From Rhodobacter capsulatus SB 1003 (lineage in GTDB: Bacteria > Pseudomonadota > Alphaproteobacteria > Rhodobacterales > Rhodobacteraceae): a stretch of 32,000 bases of DNA. A model generated the notes under the pieces. That model saw only the letters and a list, made by a program, of their open reading frames with translations, searched no databases and had not been told where the DNA came from. Location of the stretch: assembly GCF_000021865.1 (NCBI RefSeq), contig NC_014034.1, forward strand, positions 1,260,001 through 1,292,000. The letters are read 5' to 3'. The position numbers and the translations under genes are program-made. Positions 1 to 7,287 of this stretch are shown piece after piece (within the stretch, counting starts at the first letter, position 1; every line of letters starts with the position of its first letter).

Positions 1-625
1 CTGGCTGGCGACCGAGGGGCGCACGGACAAGATGATCCCGCATGGCATCGTGCATGTGGACGAGACGGGGGCGATCGATCAGCAGATCGGCCTGCCGCCG
101 GAGCTTGCCGCTGCCGAAACCCGTTTCGGCTTCGAAGGGATCGCGCTGGCGGGCGACAGGCTCTGGCTCGCGGTGCAGCGGCCCTGGAAAGACGATCCCA
201 AGGGGACGGTGAAGCTGGTCGCCTATGATCTTGAGGCCGAAACATGGGGCGCGGTGCAGTATCCGCTTGAGGCCGCGCCCGAAGGCGGCTGGGTCGGGCT
301 CTCGGAAATCACCCTGCACGGCGATTTCGCCTATCTGATCGAGCGCGACAACCAGCTGGCCGACACCGCGGCGGTGAAGCGGCTTTACCGCGTCGCGCTG
401 GCCGATCTGAAACCCGCGGCTCTGGGCGGCCCGCTGCCGGTGGTGCGCAAGGAGCTGGTGCGCGACCTGCTGCCCGATCTGGCGGCCTGGAACGGCTATA
501 TCCTTGACAAAGTGGAAGGTTTCGCCATCGACGCGGCGGGCGAAGGCTTCGTCGTCACCGACAATGACGGCGTTGACGACAGCTCGGGCGAGACGCTCTT
601 CTGGTCGATCGGCAAGGTCGAATAA
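1..625 (+). CDS. C-terminal part of a phytase-like esterase family protein (5' end lies outside the window)
   Basis: The frame is open from position 2 with no upstream stop, so the ATG at 32 is probably internal. The translation ([49 protein letters not shown]) resembles the 'esterase-like activity of phytase' beta-propeller family. Third-position GC is high. Stop at 623-625. Confidence 0.55.
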   Translation, partial: WLATEGRTDKMIPHGIVHVDETGAIDQQIGLPPELAAAETRFGFEGIALAGDRLWLAVQRPWKDDPKGTVKLVAYDLEAETWGAVQYPLEAAPEGGWVGLSEITLHGDFAYLIERDNQLADTAAVKRLYRVALADLKPAALGGPLPVVRKELVRDLLPDLAAWNGYILDKVEGFAIDAAGEGFVVTDNDGVDDSSGETLFWSIGKVE

Positions 626-652
626 CCCCCCCGAAAACCCGACGACAGGCGC

Positions 653-679
653 CCCCCGGACCGCAAGGCCCGGGGGTTT
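653..679 (+). terminator. Candidate rho-independent terminator after the phytase-like gene
   Basis: CCCCCGG (653-659) pairs with CCGGGGG (670-676). An inner CC/GG pair closes a GCAA tetraloop. TTTGCCTTT follows. The site lies 28 nt after the stop codon. Confidence 0.55.
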
Positions 680-739
680 GCCTTTGCCCGGCCCCGGCAG
701 GCGTCGTTGGGGGAATGTCGTTACCGAAGCTTTAACAAA

Positions 740-757
740 CTGCCATCGCCCTGTTGC
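740..757 (+). promoter_or_regulatory. Candidate Pho box (PhoB site) upstream of phnC
   Basis: CTGCCAT-CGCC-CTGTTGC: two 7-mers with 11-bp phasing that resemble the CTGTCAT-N4-CTGTCAT Pho-box consensus (6/7 and about 5/7 matches). It ends 44 bp before the phnC ATG. A near-identical CTGCCAA-ACCC-CTGTTTG occurs at 12108-12125. Confidence 0.35.
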
Positions 758-800
758 CCGGGCAGGCGAGAAGGGCGCGACGCTGGATCCGGGGGCACAG

Positions 801-1622
801 ATGCTGGAATTGCGACACCTGACACGGGATTTCGCGGGCCGCTGCGCGGTCGACAACGTGTCGCTGCGCTTTGACCGTCCGGGCTTTGTCGGCATCATCG
901 GCCGCTCGGGCGCGGGGAAATCGACGCTGTTGCGGATGATCAACCGGCTGACCGATGTCAGCGCGGGCGAGATCCTGTTTCAGGGCCGCAATGTCGCGAC
1001 GCTGCGGGGGGCCGAGAAACGCGCCTGGCAAAGCCGCTGCGCCATGGTGTTCCAGCAATTCAACCTGGTGCCGCGCCGCGATGTCGCCTCGAACGTGCTG
1101 CACGGGCTGCTTGGCCGTCGCCCGGTGCTGGCGGCGATCTTCGATCTGTGGTCCGAGGCCGAGATCACCCGGGCGCTGGCGATCCTTGACCGGCTTGGCA
1201 TCGCCGATCAGGCCGCCAAACGCGCCGAGGCGCTCTCGGGCGGCCAGCAGCAGCGCGTCGCCATCGCCCGGGCGCTGATGCAGGATCCCGCGATCATCCT
1301 CGCCGACGAGCCGATCGCCAGCCTTGATCCGATGAATGCGCAGATCGTCATGGACACGCTCAAGCGCATCCAGACCGAGGACGGCCGGATGGTGATCGCC
1401 AATCTGCACACGCTGGATACCGCGCGGCGCTATTGCGACCGGGTGATCGGCATGCGCGACGGCCGCGTCGTCTTTGACGGCCGCCCCGACCAGCTGTCGA
1501 CCGGCATCGCGCGCGAGATCTATGGCGCCGACGCCAGTTTCAACGAGGCCGCGACCTCGACCGCGATCCCCGCCGATGCCCGCGCCGATGCCGATTACGC
1601 CAGCGCGATGCTGGGCGCCTGA
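801..1622 (+). CDS. phnC: Phosphonate ABC transporter ATP-binding protein PhnC
   Basis: [11 protein letters not shown] start at the ATG at 801, inside the longer track ORF 504..1622. Walker [10 protein letters not shown], signature [15 protein letters not shown] and Walker B ILADEP are present. It lies directly upstream of phnD/phnE. Confidence 0.9.
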   Translation: MLELRHLTRDFAGRCAVDNVSLRFDRPGFVGIIGRSGAGKSTLLRMINRLTDVSAGEILFQGRNVATLRGAEKRAWQSRCAMVFQQFNLVPRRDVASNVLHGLLGRRPVLAAIFDLWSEAEITRALAILDRLGIADQAAKRAEALSGGQQQRVAIARALMQDPAIILADEPIASLDPMNAQIVMDTLKRIQTEDGRMVIANLHTLDTARRYCDRVIGMRDGRVVFDGRPDQLSTGIAREIYGADASFNEAATSTAIPADARADADYASAMLGA

Positions 1623-1664
1623 CCCTTTCCCGGCCGGGGTGGCCGGGTTCAACCGGAGACGACC

Positions 1665-2588
1665 ATGAAGATCCTTCCCGCCGTTCTGGCTGCCACGACC
1701 CTGATTGCGGGGGCTGCCCATGCCGAGGGCCTCACCCAGTTCAACATCGGCCTTCTGGGCGGTGAGAACGCGCAAGACCGGCTGAATTCGAACGAATGCC
1801 TGCGCAAATATGCCGAAGACACGCTGGGCGTGCCGGTGAAGCTGTTTGCCCCCGCCGATTATGACGGCGTGGTGCAGGGGCTTCTGGGCGGCACCATCGA
1901 CATGGCCTGGCTGGGCGCCTCGGCCTATGCCAAGGTCTATCTGACCGACCCGAAAGCGGTCGATGTGGCGCTGGTGAAGACCAATCTGGACGGGTCCTTC
2001 ACCTATCATTCGATCGGCATCGCCCGGAAAGACAGCGGCATCGCCAAGCTGGAGGACGCCAAGGGCAAGGTCTTCGGCTTTGGCGATCCGAATTCGACCT
2101 CGGGCTATCTGATCCCCTCGGTCGAGATCCCGAAAACCCACCCCGCGATCACCCGCGCCGATCTGGCCGATGGCGCCTCGGGCTATTTCAAGACGGTGAA
2201 ATTCACCGGCGGGCATGAGCAGACCATCGTCGCGGTGGTGAATGGCGACATCGACGCGGGCGTGACCTGGGCCGATGGCCAGGGCAACTGGGAAGACGGC
2301 TACAACTCGGGCGCGCTGCGCAAGGCGGTCGATGCGGGGCTGGTGAACATGAACGACCTTGTGGAAATCTGGAAATCGAAGCCGATCCCGGAAGGCCCGG
2401 TGGTGCTGCGCCACGCCCTGCCCGAGGAGGTCAAGGCGAAGATGGTCGAGCTGGTCAAGGGCCTGCACGCCCGCGACAAGGACTGCGCCTATGGCGTCGC
2501 GGCGGGCGACACCGCGGGCTTCGCGCCGATCACCGCCGATTTCTACGACATCATCGTCGAAACCCGGCGTGCGACGCAGGGGAACTGA
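1665..2588 (+). CDS. phnD: Phosphonate ABC transporter periplasmic substrate-binding protein PhnD
   Basis: Signal peptide MKILPAVLAATTLIAGAAHA. PhnD-like motifs DMAWLGASAY and GDPNSTSGYLIP. A GGAGA RBS precedes the ATG. Position is between phnC and phnE. Confidence 0.9.
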   Translation: MKILPAVLAATTLIAGAAHAEGLTQFNIGLLGGENAQDRLNSNECLRKYAEDTLGVPVKLFAPADYDGVVQGLLGGTIDMAWLGASAYAKVYLTDPKAVDVALVKTNLDGSFTYHSIGIARKDSGIAKLEDAKGKVFGFGDPNSTSGYLIPSVEIPKTHPAITRADLADGASGYFKTVKFTGGHEQTIVAVVNGDIDAGVTWADGQGNWEDGYNSGALRKAVDAGLVNMNDLVEIWKSKPIPEGPVVLRHALPEEVKAKMVELVKGLHARDKDCAYGVAAGDTAGFAPITADFYDIIVETRRATQGN

Positions 2589-2618
2589 TTTCAGCACCCA
2601 AAGCTTTCAGCAAGCGCG

Positions 2619-2640
2619 GGCGGGGGCTCCGGCCCCCGTC
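2619..2640 (+). other. GC-rich stem-loop in the phnD-phnE spacer (possible attenuator or mRNA-stabilising hairpin)
   Basis: CGGGGGC (2621-2627) pairs with GCCCCCG (2632-2638) around a TCCG loop, extendable by two pairs. It starts 31 nt after the phnD stop. There is no clear T-tract. Confidence 0.4.
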
Positions 2641-2665
2641 CCATTTCCCGAACACAGGGTGTTTC

Positions 2666-3520
2666 ATGTCCGCTGCCGCGCTCTCTCCCACGGCCGAGTA
2701 TCTGGCGCTGGTGCGCAGGCGCCGGGTCTATGGCGGCCTGCTGCTGGTGCTGTTCATTGTGCTGATGGCGTCGGGATGGCGCACGGCCGATGCCCGCAAC
2801 GCCGGCGGCTTTCTCGATGGCATCGCGCATATTCTTGATTTTCCGATCGAAATCCTGTCCGAGGCGGCGCGCGACTGGCGCAATCTGCCCGGCTATCTGC
2901 GCCAGTATCTGCCCTCGCTGATCGAGACGCTGAACATCGCCGCGGTCTCCACACTTTTGGGCGGGCTGATCGCCGCGGTGCTGGCGGTGCTGTCGGCCCG
3001 CGCGCTGGCGCCGCTGCCCTGGCTTGTCGTGCCGATCCGGCGCGGGATGGATGTGATGCGGGCGATGCCCGAAATCGTCATCGCGCTGGTCCTGATCTTC
3101 CTTCTGGGCGGCGGCCCGGTGCCCGCGATGATCGCGATCACGCTCCATACCGCGGGGGCGCTGGGCAAGCTGTTCTCCGAGGTTGCCGAGAATGCCGATC
3201 TGAAACCGGTCGAGGGGCTGGCCTCGGTCGGGGCCGGATGGCTGGCGCGGATCTGGTTCGCCGTCGCGCCGCAGGTGGCGCCGAACTGGTCCTCCTATGC
3301 GCTTTTGCGCTTTGAAATCAACATCCGCGCCTCGGCGATCCTCGGTTTCGTCGGCGCGGGCGGCATCGGCTATGATCTGCGCACGACGCTGCAATGGGGG
3401 CAGGGGCGCTACGATCAGGTGGTGGCGATCTTCGCGCTGCTGTTCCTGACCATCGTTCTGGTCGATCATCTGTCCGACCGCGCCCGCGCGCGTCTGGTGC
3501 AGGGGGGCCACGCCGCATGA
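2666..3520 (+). CDS. phnE: Phosphonate ABC transporter permease PhnE (first copy)
   Basis: 284-aa polytopic membrane protein. It has the ABC permease EAA-like region (EVAENADLKPVEGLASVGAG) and the ILGFVGAGGIGYDL motif typical of PhnE. Its stop overlaps the next start (ATGA at 3517-3520). Confidence 0.85.
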   Translation: MSAAALSPTAEYLALVRRRRVYGGLLLVLFIVLMASGWRTADARNAGGFLDGIAHILDFPIEILSEAARDWRNLPGYLRQYLPSLIETLNIAAVSTLLGGLIAAVLAVLSARALAPLPWLVVPIRRGMDVMRAMPEIVIALVLIFLLGGGPVPAMIAITLHTAGALGKLFSEVAENADLKPVEGLASVGAGWLARIWFAVAPQVAPNWSSYALLRFEINIRASAILGFVGAGGIGYDLRTTLQWGQGRYDQVVAIFALLFLTIVLVDHLSDRARARLVQGGHAA

Positions 3521-4851
3521 CCGCGCTTGCCCCGACGCCCGCGCTTTTGCTGGCCCGCACCGAGATCTCCCGCCGCCTTGCACGCCGTCGTGCCCTGCTG
3601 CTGGCCGCGCCGGTCGCGCTGCTCCTTTATCTCACGACGATCTTCTTCAGCTTCGATCTGCCCGGGATCGCGGCGCGGATGCGGCCGGAAAATGCCGCCG
3701 TGCTGCTGGGCGATTTCTGGAGCTTCAAGACCCATGTGACGCTTGATCGTCGCAGGCCCGGGCTGGAGGTCGCGATCGAGGGCGAGGCCAAGGGCCGCTA
3801 TGCCCCCGGGCAGTTTCCCGACTGGGTGCAGGACGGCGCCGAGCCGCGGATTGCCCTGCCCGACGGGTCCCGCATCACCTATGTCGCGCAGGGCGCGCTG
3901 ATCGAACGCGCCGGGTTCGGGCTGATCCGCGTCAACCGCGAGGGGCGGCGGATCGCCGTCACCCTGCCCGAGGGCGCGGCACGCCCGGACTGGCTCTCGG
4001 CTTCGGCGACGCGGGTCGATCTTCGCGGCCCGTGGTGGCGGTTCTCGATGACGCCCGCGCGCACCGAAACCCTGCGCTACGAACCCGGATGGGAGCTGTT
4101 CTTCTTCGATCTGCAAAGCCCGTTCCATGGCAAAAGCGCCGCCGAGCTGGCCGCTTTGGCGCTGTGGCAGCCGCGGCTGGAACCGGAGCGGTCCAATCTG
4201 GCGGCGATGGCCGCCGACATCTGGCAAAACCGGATGTGGCGGCATGGCGATGTCGTCTGGGCGCTGGGCGAGACGGTGCTGATGGCCTTCCTGGGCACCT
4301 TCGGGGCGGCGCTGATCGCCTTTCCGCTGGCCTTTCTGGCGGCGTCGAATTTCGCGCCGGGGCGGCTGATCCGGCTTGGCCTGCGGCGGATCTTCGATCT
4401 GTTCCGCGGCATCGACGGGCTGATCTGGACGGTGATCCTGAGCCGCGCCTTCGGGCCGGGGCCGCTGACGGGCGCGCTGGCGATCTTGCTGACCGACACC
4501 GGCACCTTTGGCAAGACCTTCTCGGAGGCCTTGGAAAACATTGACGAAAAGCAGCGCGAGGGGATCGCCGCGACGGGCGCCGATGCGGTGGCTCAGGCGC
4601 GTTTCGGGGTGGTGCCGCAGGTGGCGCCGGTGATCCTGTCCCAGGTGCTTTACTATCTGGAAAGCAACACCCGTTCGGCCACCGTCATCGGCGCGCTGGT
4701 CGGCGGCGGCATCGGGTTGTTGCTGACCCAGGCGATCCAGACCCAGAAGGACTGGGAAGAGGTCAGCTATTACATCGTCCTGATCATCGTGATGGTGATG
4801 GCGATGGACAGCCTGTCGGCCTGGTTGCGGGCCCGTTTCATCAAGGGGTAG
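3517..4851 (+). CDS. phnE: Phosphonate ABC transporter permease PhnE (second copy, with a greatly expanded loop after TM1)
   Basis: The start was chosen at ATG 3517 (ATGA coupling with the upstream phnE); the track ORF 3394.. runs through the upstream gene. The C-terminal half is PhnE-like (EALENIDEKQREGIAATGA, VIGALVGGGIGLLL). The N-terminal region has one TM helix followed by about 190 non-hydrophobic residues. Confidence 0.8.
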   Translation: MTALAPTPALLLARTEISRRLARRRALLLAAPVALLLYLTTIFFSFDLPGIAARMRPENAAVLLGDFWSFKTHVTLDRRRPGLEVAIEGEAKGRYAPGQFPDWVQDGAEPRIALPDGSRITYVAQGALIERAGFGLIRVNREGRRIAVTLPEGAARPDWLSASATRVDLRGPWWRFSMTPARTETLRYEPGWELFFFDLQSPFHGKSAAELAALALWQPRLEPERSNLAAMAADIWQNRMWRHGDVVWALGETVLMAFLGTFGAALIAFPLAFLAASNFAPGRLIRLGLRRIFDLFRGIDGLIWTVILSRAFGPGPLTGALAILLTDTGTFGKTFSEALENIDEKQREGIAATGADAVAQARFGVVPQVAPVILSQVLYYLESNTRSATVIGALVGGGIGLLLTQAIQTQKDWEEVSYYIVLIIVMVMAMDSLSAWLRARFIKG

Positions 4852-4854
4852 ATC

Positions 4855-5481
4855 ATGCCGAAACTGCATCCCGTGACACCGCGGATCGCACCCGATTGCG
4901 AGATCGTCAACGCCAGCTTCGGCGGTTGGGTCGAGGTCGGCCGCGGATCGCGGCTGATCCATGTCGAGATGGGCGATTACAGCTATTGCGACCGCTTTGC
5001 CGATATCGCGAACACGACGGTGGGGAAATTCGCCAATATCGCCGCGATGACAAGGATCGGTCCGACCGACCATCCGTTCCGCAACGCCGCGCAGCATCAT
5101 TTCCTCTATCGGTCGCATTATTATTGGGACGATGTGGCTGATGACGCCGCCTTTTTCGCGCAGCGGGCCGGGCGCCGCATCACCCTTGGCGCCGATTGCT
5201 GGATCGGGCATGGCGCCATCATCAAGCCCGAGGTGACGGTGGGCATCGGCGCCATCGTCGCCTCGGGCGCGGTGGTGACGAAGGACGTGCCCCCCTTCCT
5301 GATCGTCGCGGGCTGCCCCGCCGTGCCCTTGCGGATGCGGTTTTCCGAGACCGTGGCCGAACGGCTGCTGGCGCTGGCCTGGTGGGACTGGGATCACGCC
5401 ACGCTGCGGGCGCGGCTTGCCGATTTCCGCGCCCTTCCGGCCGAGGACTTCCTGGACCGTTACGAGGGTTTGCCCGGCTGA
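4855..5481 (+). CDS. Left-handed beta-helix (hexapeptide-repeat) acyltransferase, phosphonate-operon-associated type
   Basis: Hexapeptide repeats are visible (IGHGAIIKPEVTVGIGAIVASGAVVTKDVPPFLIVAGCPA). It starts 3 nt after the phnE stop. To my recollection a hexapeptide-transferase family found only in C-P lyase operons exists (TIGR03308-like). Confidence 0.8.
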   Translation: MPKLHPVTPRIAPDCEIVNASFGGWVEVGRGSRLIHVEMGDYSYCDRFADIANTTVGKFANIAAMTRIGPTDHPFRNAAQHHFLYRSHYYWDDVADDAAFFAQRAGRRITLGADCWIGHGAIIKPEVTVGIGAIVASGAVVTKDVPPFLIVAGCPAVPLRMRFSETVAERLLALAWWDWDHATLRARLADFRALPAEDFLDRYEGLPG

Positions 5482-6194
5482 GCCCCCCCCTCGGGCGCGA
5501 CGGTCAGCGCGACGCGATCGCCCGCAAACCAGGTCAGCCCGTATTCGACGGGCACCCCCGCGGCATCGACATTGACGGCTTCCGTGCGCAAAAGCGGCGC
5601 GCCCTCGGGCAGGTGCATCAGCCCGGCTCGGGGGCCGCGCGCGATCTTGGCGGTGATCCGCGTCGCGGCGCGGGTGTAATCGGCCACGCCCATCTCGGCC
5701 AGCGCCGCGGTGACCGAGCCAAGCCGCGCCAGCGCCGCGGGCAGATCGGGGAAACGGTCGGCCGGAAAGGCGGATCGGAACTGCGCCAGCACGGTGCCAT
5801 CGGCCAGCGAGAGCCCCTCGTAAAGATGCACCCTGTCAACGCCCAGCGCCGCCGCCTCGGCGGGCTCGGCCGGGCGGGTTTCCAGCCGCAAGACCCGGCG
5901 CGAGGGCGTGCGCCCCGAGGCCAGCACGTTTTCCTGAAACCGCACCCGGCGGCCCAGCGCGTAATCGGCGCGCGGGCTCAGGGCCACAAACACCCCCGCG
6001 CCGCGGCGCGACACCACCAGCCCCTCGGCGGCGAGCGCGGCCAAAGCATGGCGGACGGTGTGGCGGTTCACCCCGAACCGCGCCGACAGCGCCGCCTCGG
6101 TCGGCAGCTTCGCCCCGGGGGGACAGGCGCCCGAGCCGATCTCGGCGCGCAGGATCGCGGCAATCGCCGCCCAGACCGGATCACGTCTTGTCAT
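5460..6194 (-). CDS. phnF: GntR/HutC-family transcriptional regulator PhnF
   Basis: N-terminal winged-HTH (LPTEAALSARFGVNRHTVRHALAALAAEGLVVSRRGAGVFV) followed by a UTRA-like C-terminal domain. It is divergent from phnG. Its 3' end overlaps the transferase gene by 22 bp. Confidence 0.8.
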   Translation of the reverse strand: MTRRDPVWAAIAAILRAEIGSGACPPGAKLPTEAALSARFGVNRHTVRHALAALAAEGLVVSRRGAGVFVALSPRADYALGRRVRFQENVLASGRTPSRRVLRLETRPAEPAEAAALGVDRVHLYEGLSLADGTVLAQFRSAFPADRFPDLPAALARLGSVTAALAEMGVADYTRAATRITAKIARGPRAGLMHLPEGAPLLRTEAVNVDAAGVPVEYGLTWFAGDRVALTVAPEGGAQPGKPS

Positions 6195-6233
6195 CGAAAC
6201 TTCACTGGCCGAATCCGCGGCGGCGCCGCAATA

Positions 6234-6263
6234 TTTGTCTAGTTGTATATTAATCTGGACAAA
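6234..6263. promoter_or_regulatory. Inverted repeat, candidate PhnF operator overlapping an AT-rich -10-like element
   Basis: TTTGTCTAG (6234-6242) - TTGTATATTAAT - CTGGACAAA (6255-6263), with 8/9 complementary positions. The GTCTAG/CTGGAC halves resemble the GT..TA..AC cores bound by HutC-type GntR regulators. The repeat ends 9 bp before the phnG ATG. Confidence 0.4.
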
Positions 6264-6271
6264 TCCGCAAG

Positions 6272-6718
6272 ATGTCTGGTCTGACCGAAACCACCACGAC
6301 CCGCGCGGCGCATCTGGGGCTTCTGGCCCGTGCCTCCGGTCCGCGCCTGGCGCAATTGCTGCCCGATCTGCCGCCTTTCGACTGGCTTCGCCTGCCCGAA
6401 CTGGGCGCGGTGATGCTGCGCGGGCGGATGGGGGCGGGGGGGGCGCCCTTCAATCTGGGCGAGATGACGGTGACGCGCTGCGCGCTGCGGCTGGCCGATG
6501 GCCGGGTGGGGCAGGCTTTCGTGCAGGGCCGCGACAAGGATCACGCCACCCGCGCGGCGGTGGCGGATGCGCTGTTGCAGGGCGCCGAAGCCGCGCGGAT
6601 CGCGGCCGAAGTTCTGGCGCCGCTGCGCGCCGAAGAAGCCGCCCGCCGCCGCGAGCGCGCCGAAAAGGCCGCCGCGACCCGGGTCGAGTTTTTCACGCTG
6701 GTTCGGGGAGAGGATTGA
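6272..6718 (+). CDS. phnG: C-P lyase core complex subunit PhnG
   Basis: The translation matches remembered PhnG features (RMGAGGAPFNLGEMTVTRCALRL, FVQGRDKDHA, RVEFFTLVRGED). It is the first gene of the phnGHIJKL order. Confidence 0.85.
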   Translation: MSGLTETTTTRAAHLGLLARASGPRLAQLLPDLPPFDWLRLPELGAVMLRGRMGAGGAPFNLGEMTVTRCALRLADGRVGQAFVQGRDKDHATRAAVADALLQGAEAARIAAEVLAPLRAEEAARRRERAEKAAATRVEFFTLVRGED

Positions 6719-6720
6719 TC

Positions 6721-7287
6721 ATGGACCCGCAAACCCTGTCCGGCGGTTTCGCCGATCCCGCGCGCGACGCGGCCCATGCCTTCCGCGCCTGCCTGCAGGC
6801 GATGGCGCGGCCGGGCCGGGTGAAGCGGATCCCCGGGGCCCTGCCGCCCGCGCCGCTCTCGCCCGCCGCCGGGGCGGTTCTGCTGACGCTCGTCGATGAC
6901 ACGACGCCGCTTTTCCTTGCCCCCGGCCTTGACACGCAAGCCCTGCGCGGCTGGATCGCCTTTCACTGCGCCGCGCCGATCTCGGCCCCAGAGGAGGCCG
7001 TCTTTGCCCTTGGCGCCTGGGCGGATCTGCCGCTGGATCGCTTTCGCCCCGGCACGCCGGATTACCCCGACCGCTCGGTGACGCTGATCGTCGAGATGGC
7101 GGCGCTGACGCCGCCCAATGCCCGGCTGCGCGGCCCGGGGATCGCAACGCATCAGGATGCGGCCCTGCCCGCCATCGCCCCCTTTGTCGCCAATCGCACC
7201 CGCTATCCGCTGGGATTCGATTGCTATTTCTGCGCGGGGGCAGACCTTTCGGCGCTGCCGCGCTCGACCCGGGTGGAGGCGCTCTGA
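6721..7287 (+). CDS. phnH: C-P lyase core complex subunit PhnH
   Basis: Starts at ATG 6721 (MDPQTLSGGFADPARDAAHAFRACLQAMARPG), 2 nt after the phnG stop. PhnH-like VLLTLVDDTTPLFL and a C-terminal STRVEAL. The track ORF 6058..7287 is an upstream over-extension across phnG. Confidence 0.85.
   Translation: MDPQTLSGGFADPARDAAHAFRACLQAMARPGRVKRIPGALPPAPLSPAAGAVLLTLVDDTTPLFLAPGLDTQALRGWIAFHCAAPISAPEEAVFALGAWADLPLDRFRPGTPDYPDRSVTLIVEMAALTPPNARLRGPGIATHQDAALPAIAPFVANRTRYPLGFDCYFCAGADLSALPRSTRVEAL

Noticed and set aside
504-800. N-terminal extensions of track ORFs: 504..1622 (phnC), 3394..4851 (phnE2), 6058..7287 (phnH), 7221..8360 (phnI), 8376..9377 (phnJ), 9299..10183 (phnK), 10158..10871 (phnL), 12123..13292 (phnM), 25287..26135 (hydrolase), 26169..27131 (folB) and 29989..31419 (ilvC).
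   Set aside because: The extensions run through upstream genes or spacers and encode low-complexity sequence. Homologue N-termini as I remember them for E. coli Phn proteins and IlvC, together with RBS positions and stop/start coupling, support the internal starts I report.
732-2597. Long antisense ORFs listed in the track, for example 732..2597(-), 3466..5397(-), 7224..8969(-), 9254..10231(-), 12087..13232(-), 13320..14639(+), 14667..16883(+), 16880..18199(-), 17554..18870(+), 20157..21899(-), 25437..27074(-) and 28184..29293(-).
   Set aside because: Each lies opposite or out of frame to a gene with clear family motifs. Their translations are Arg/Gly/Pro/Ala/His-rich low-complexity sequence, typical of stop-poor shadow frames in high-GC DNA. 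None shows recognisable domains.
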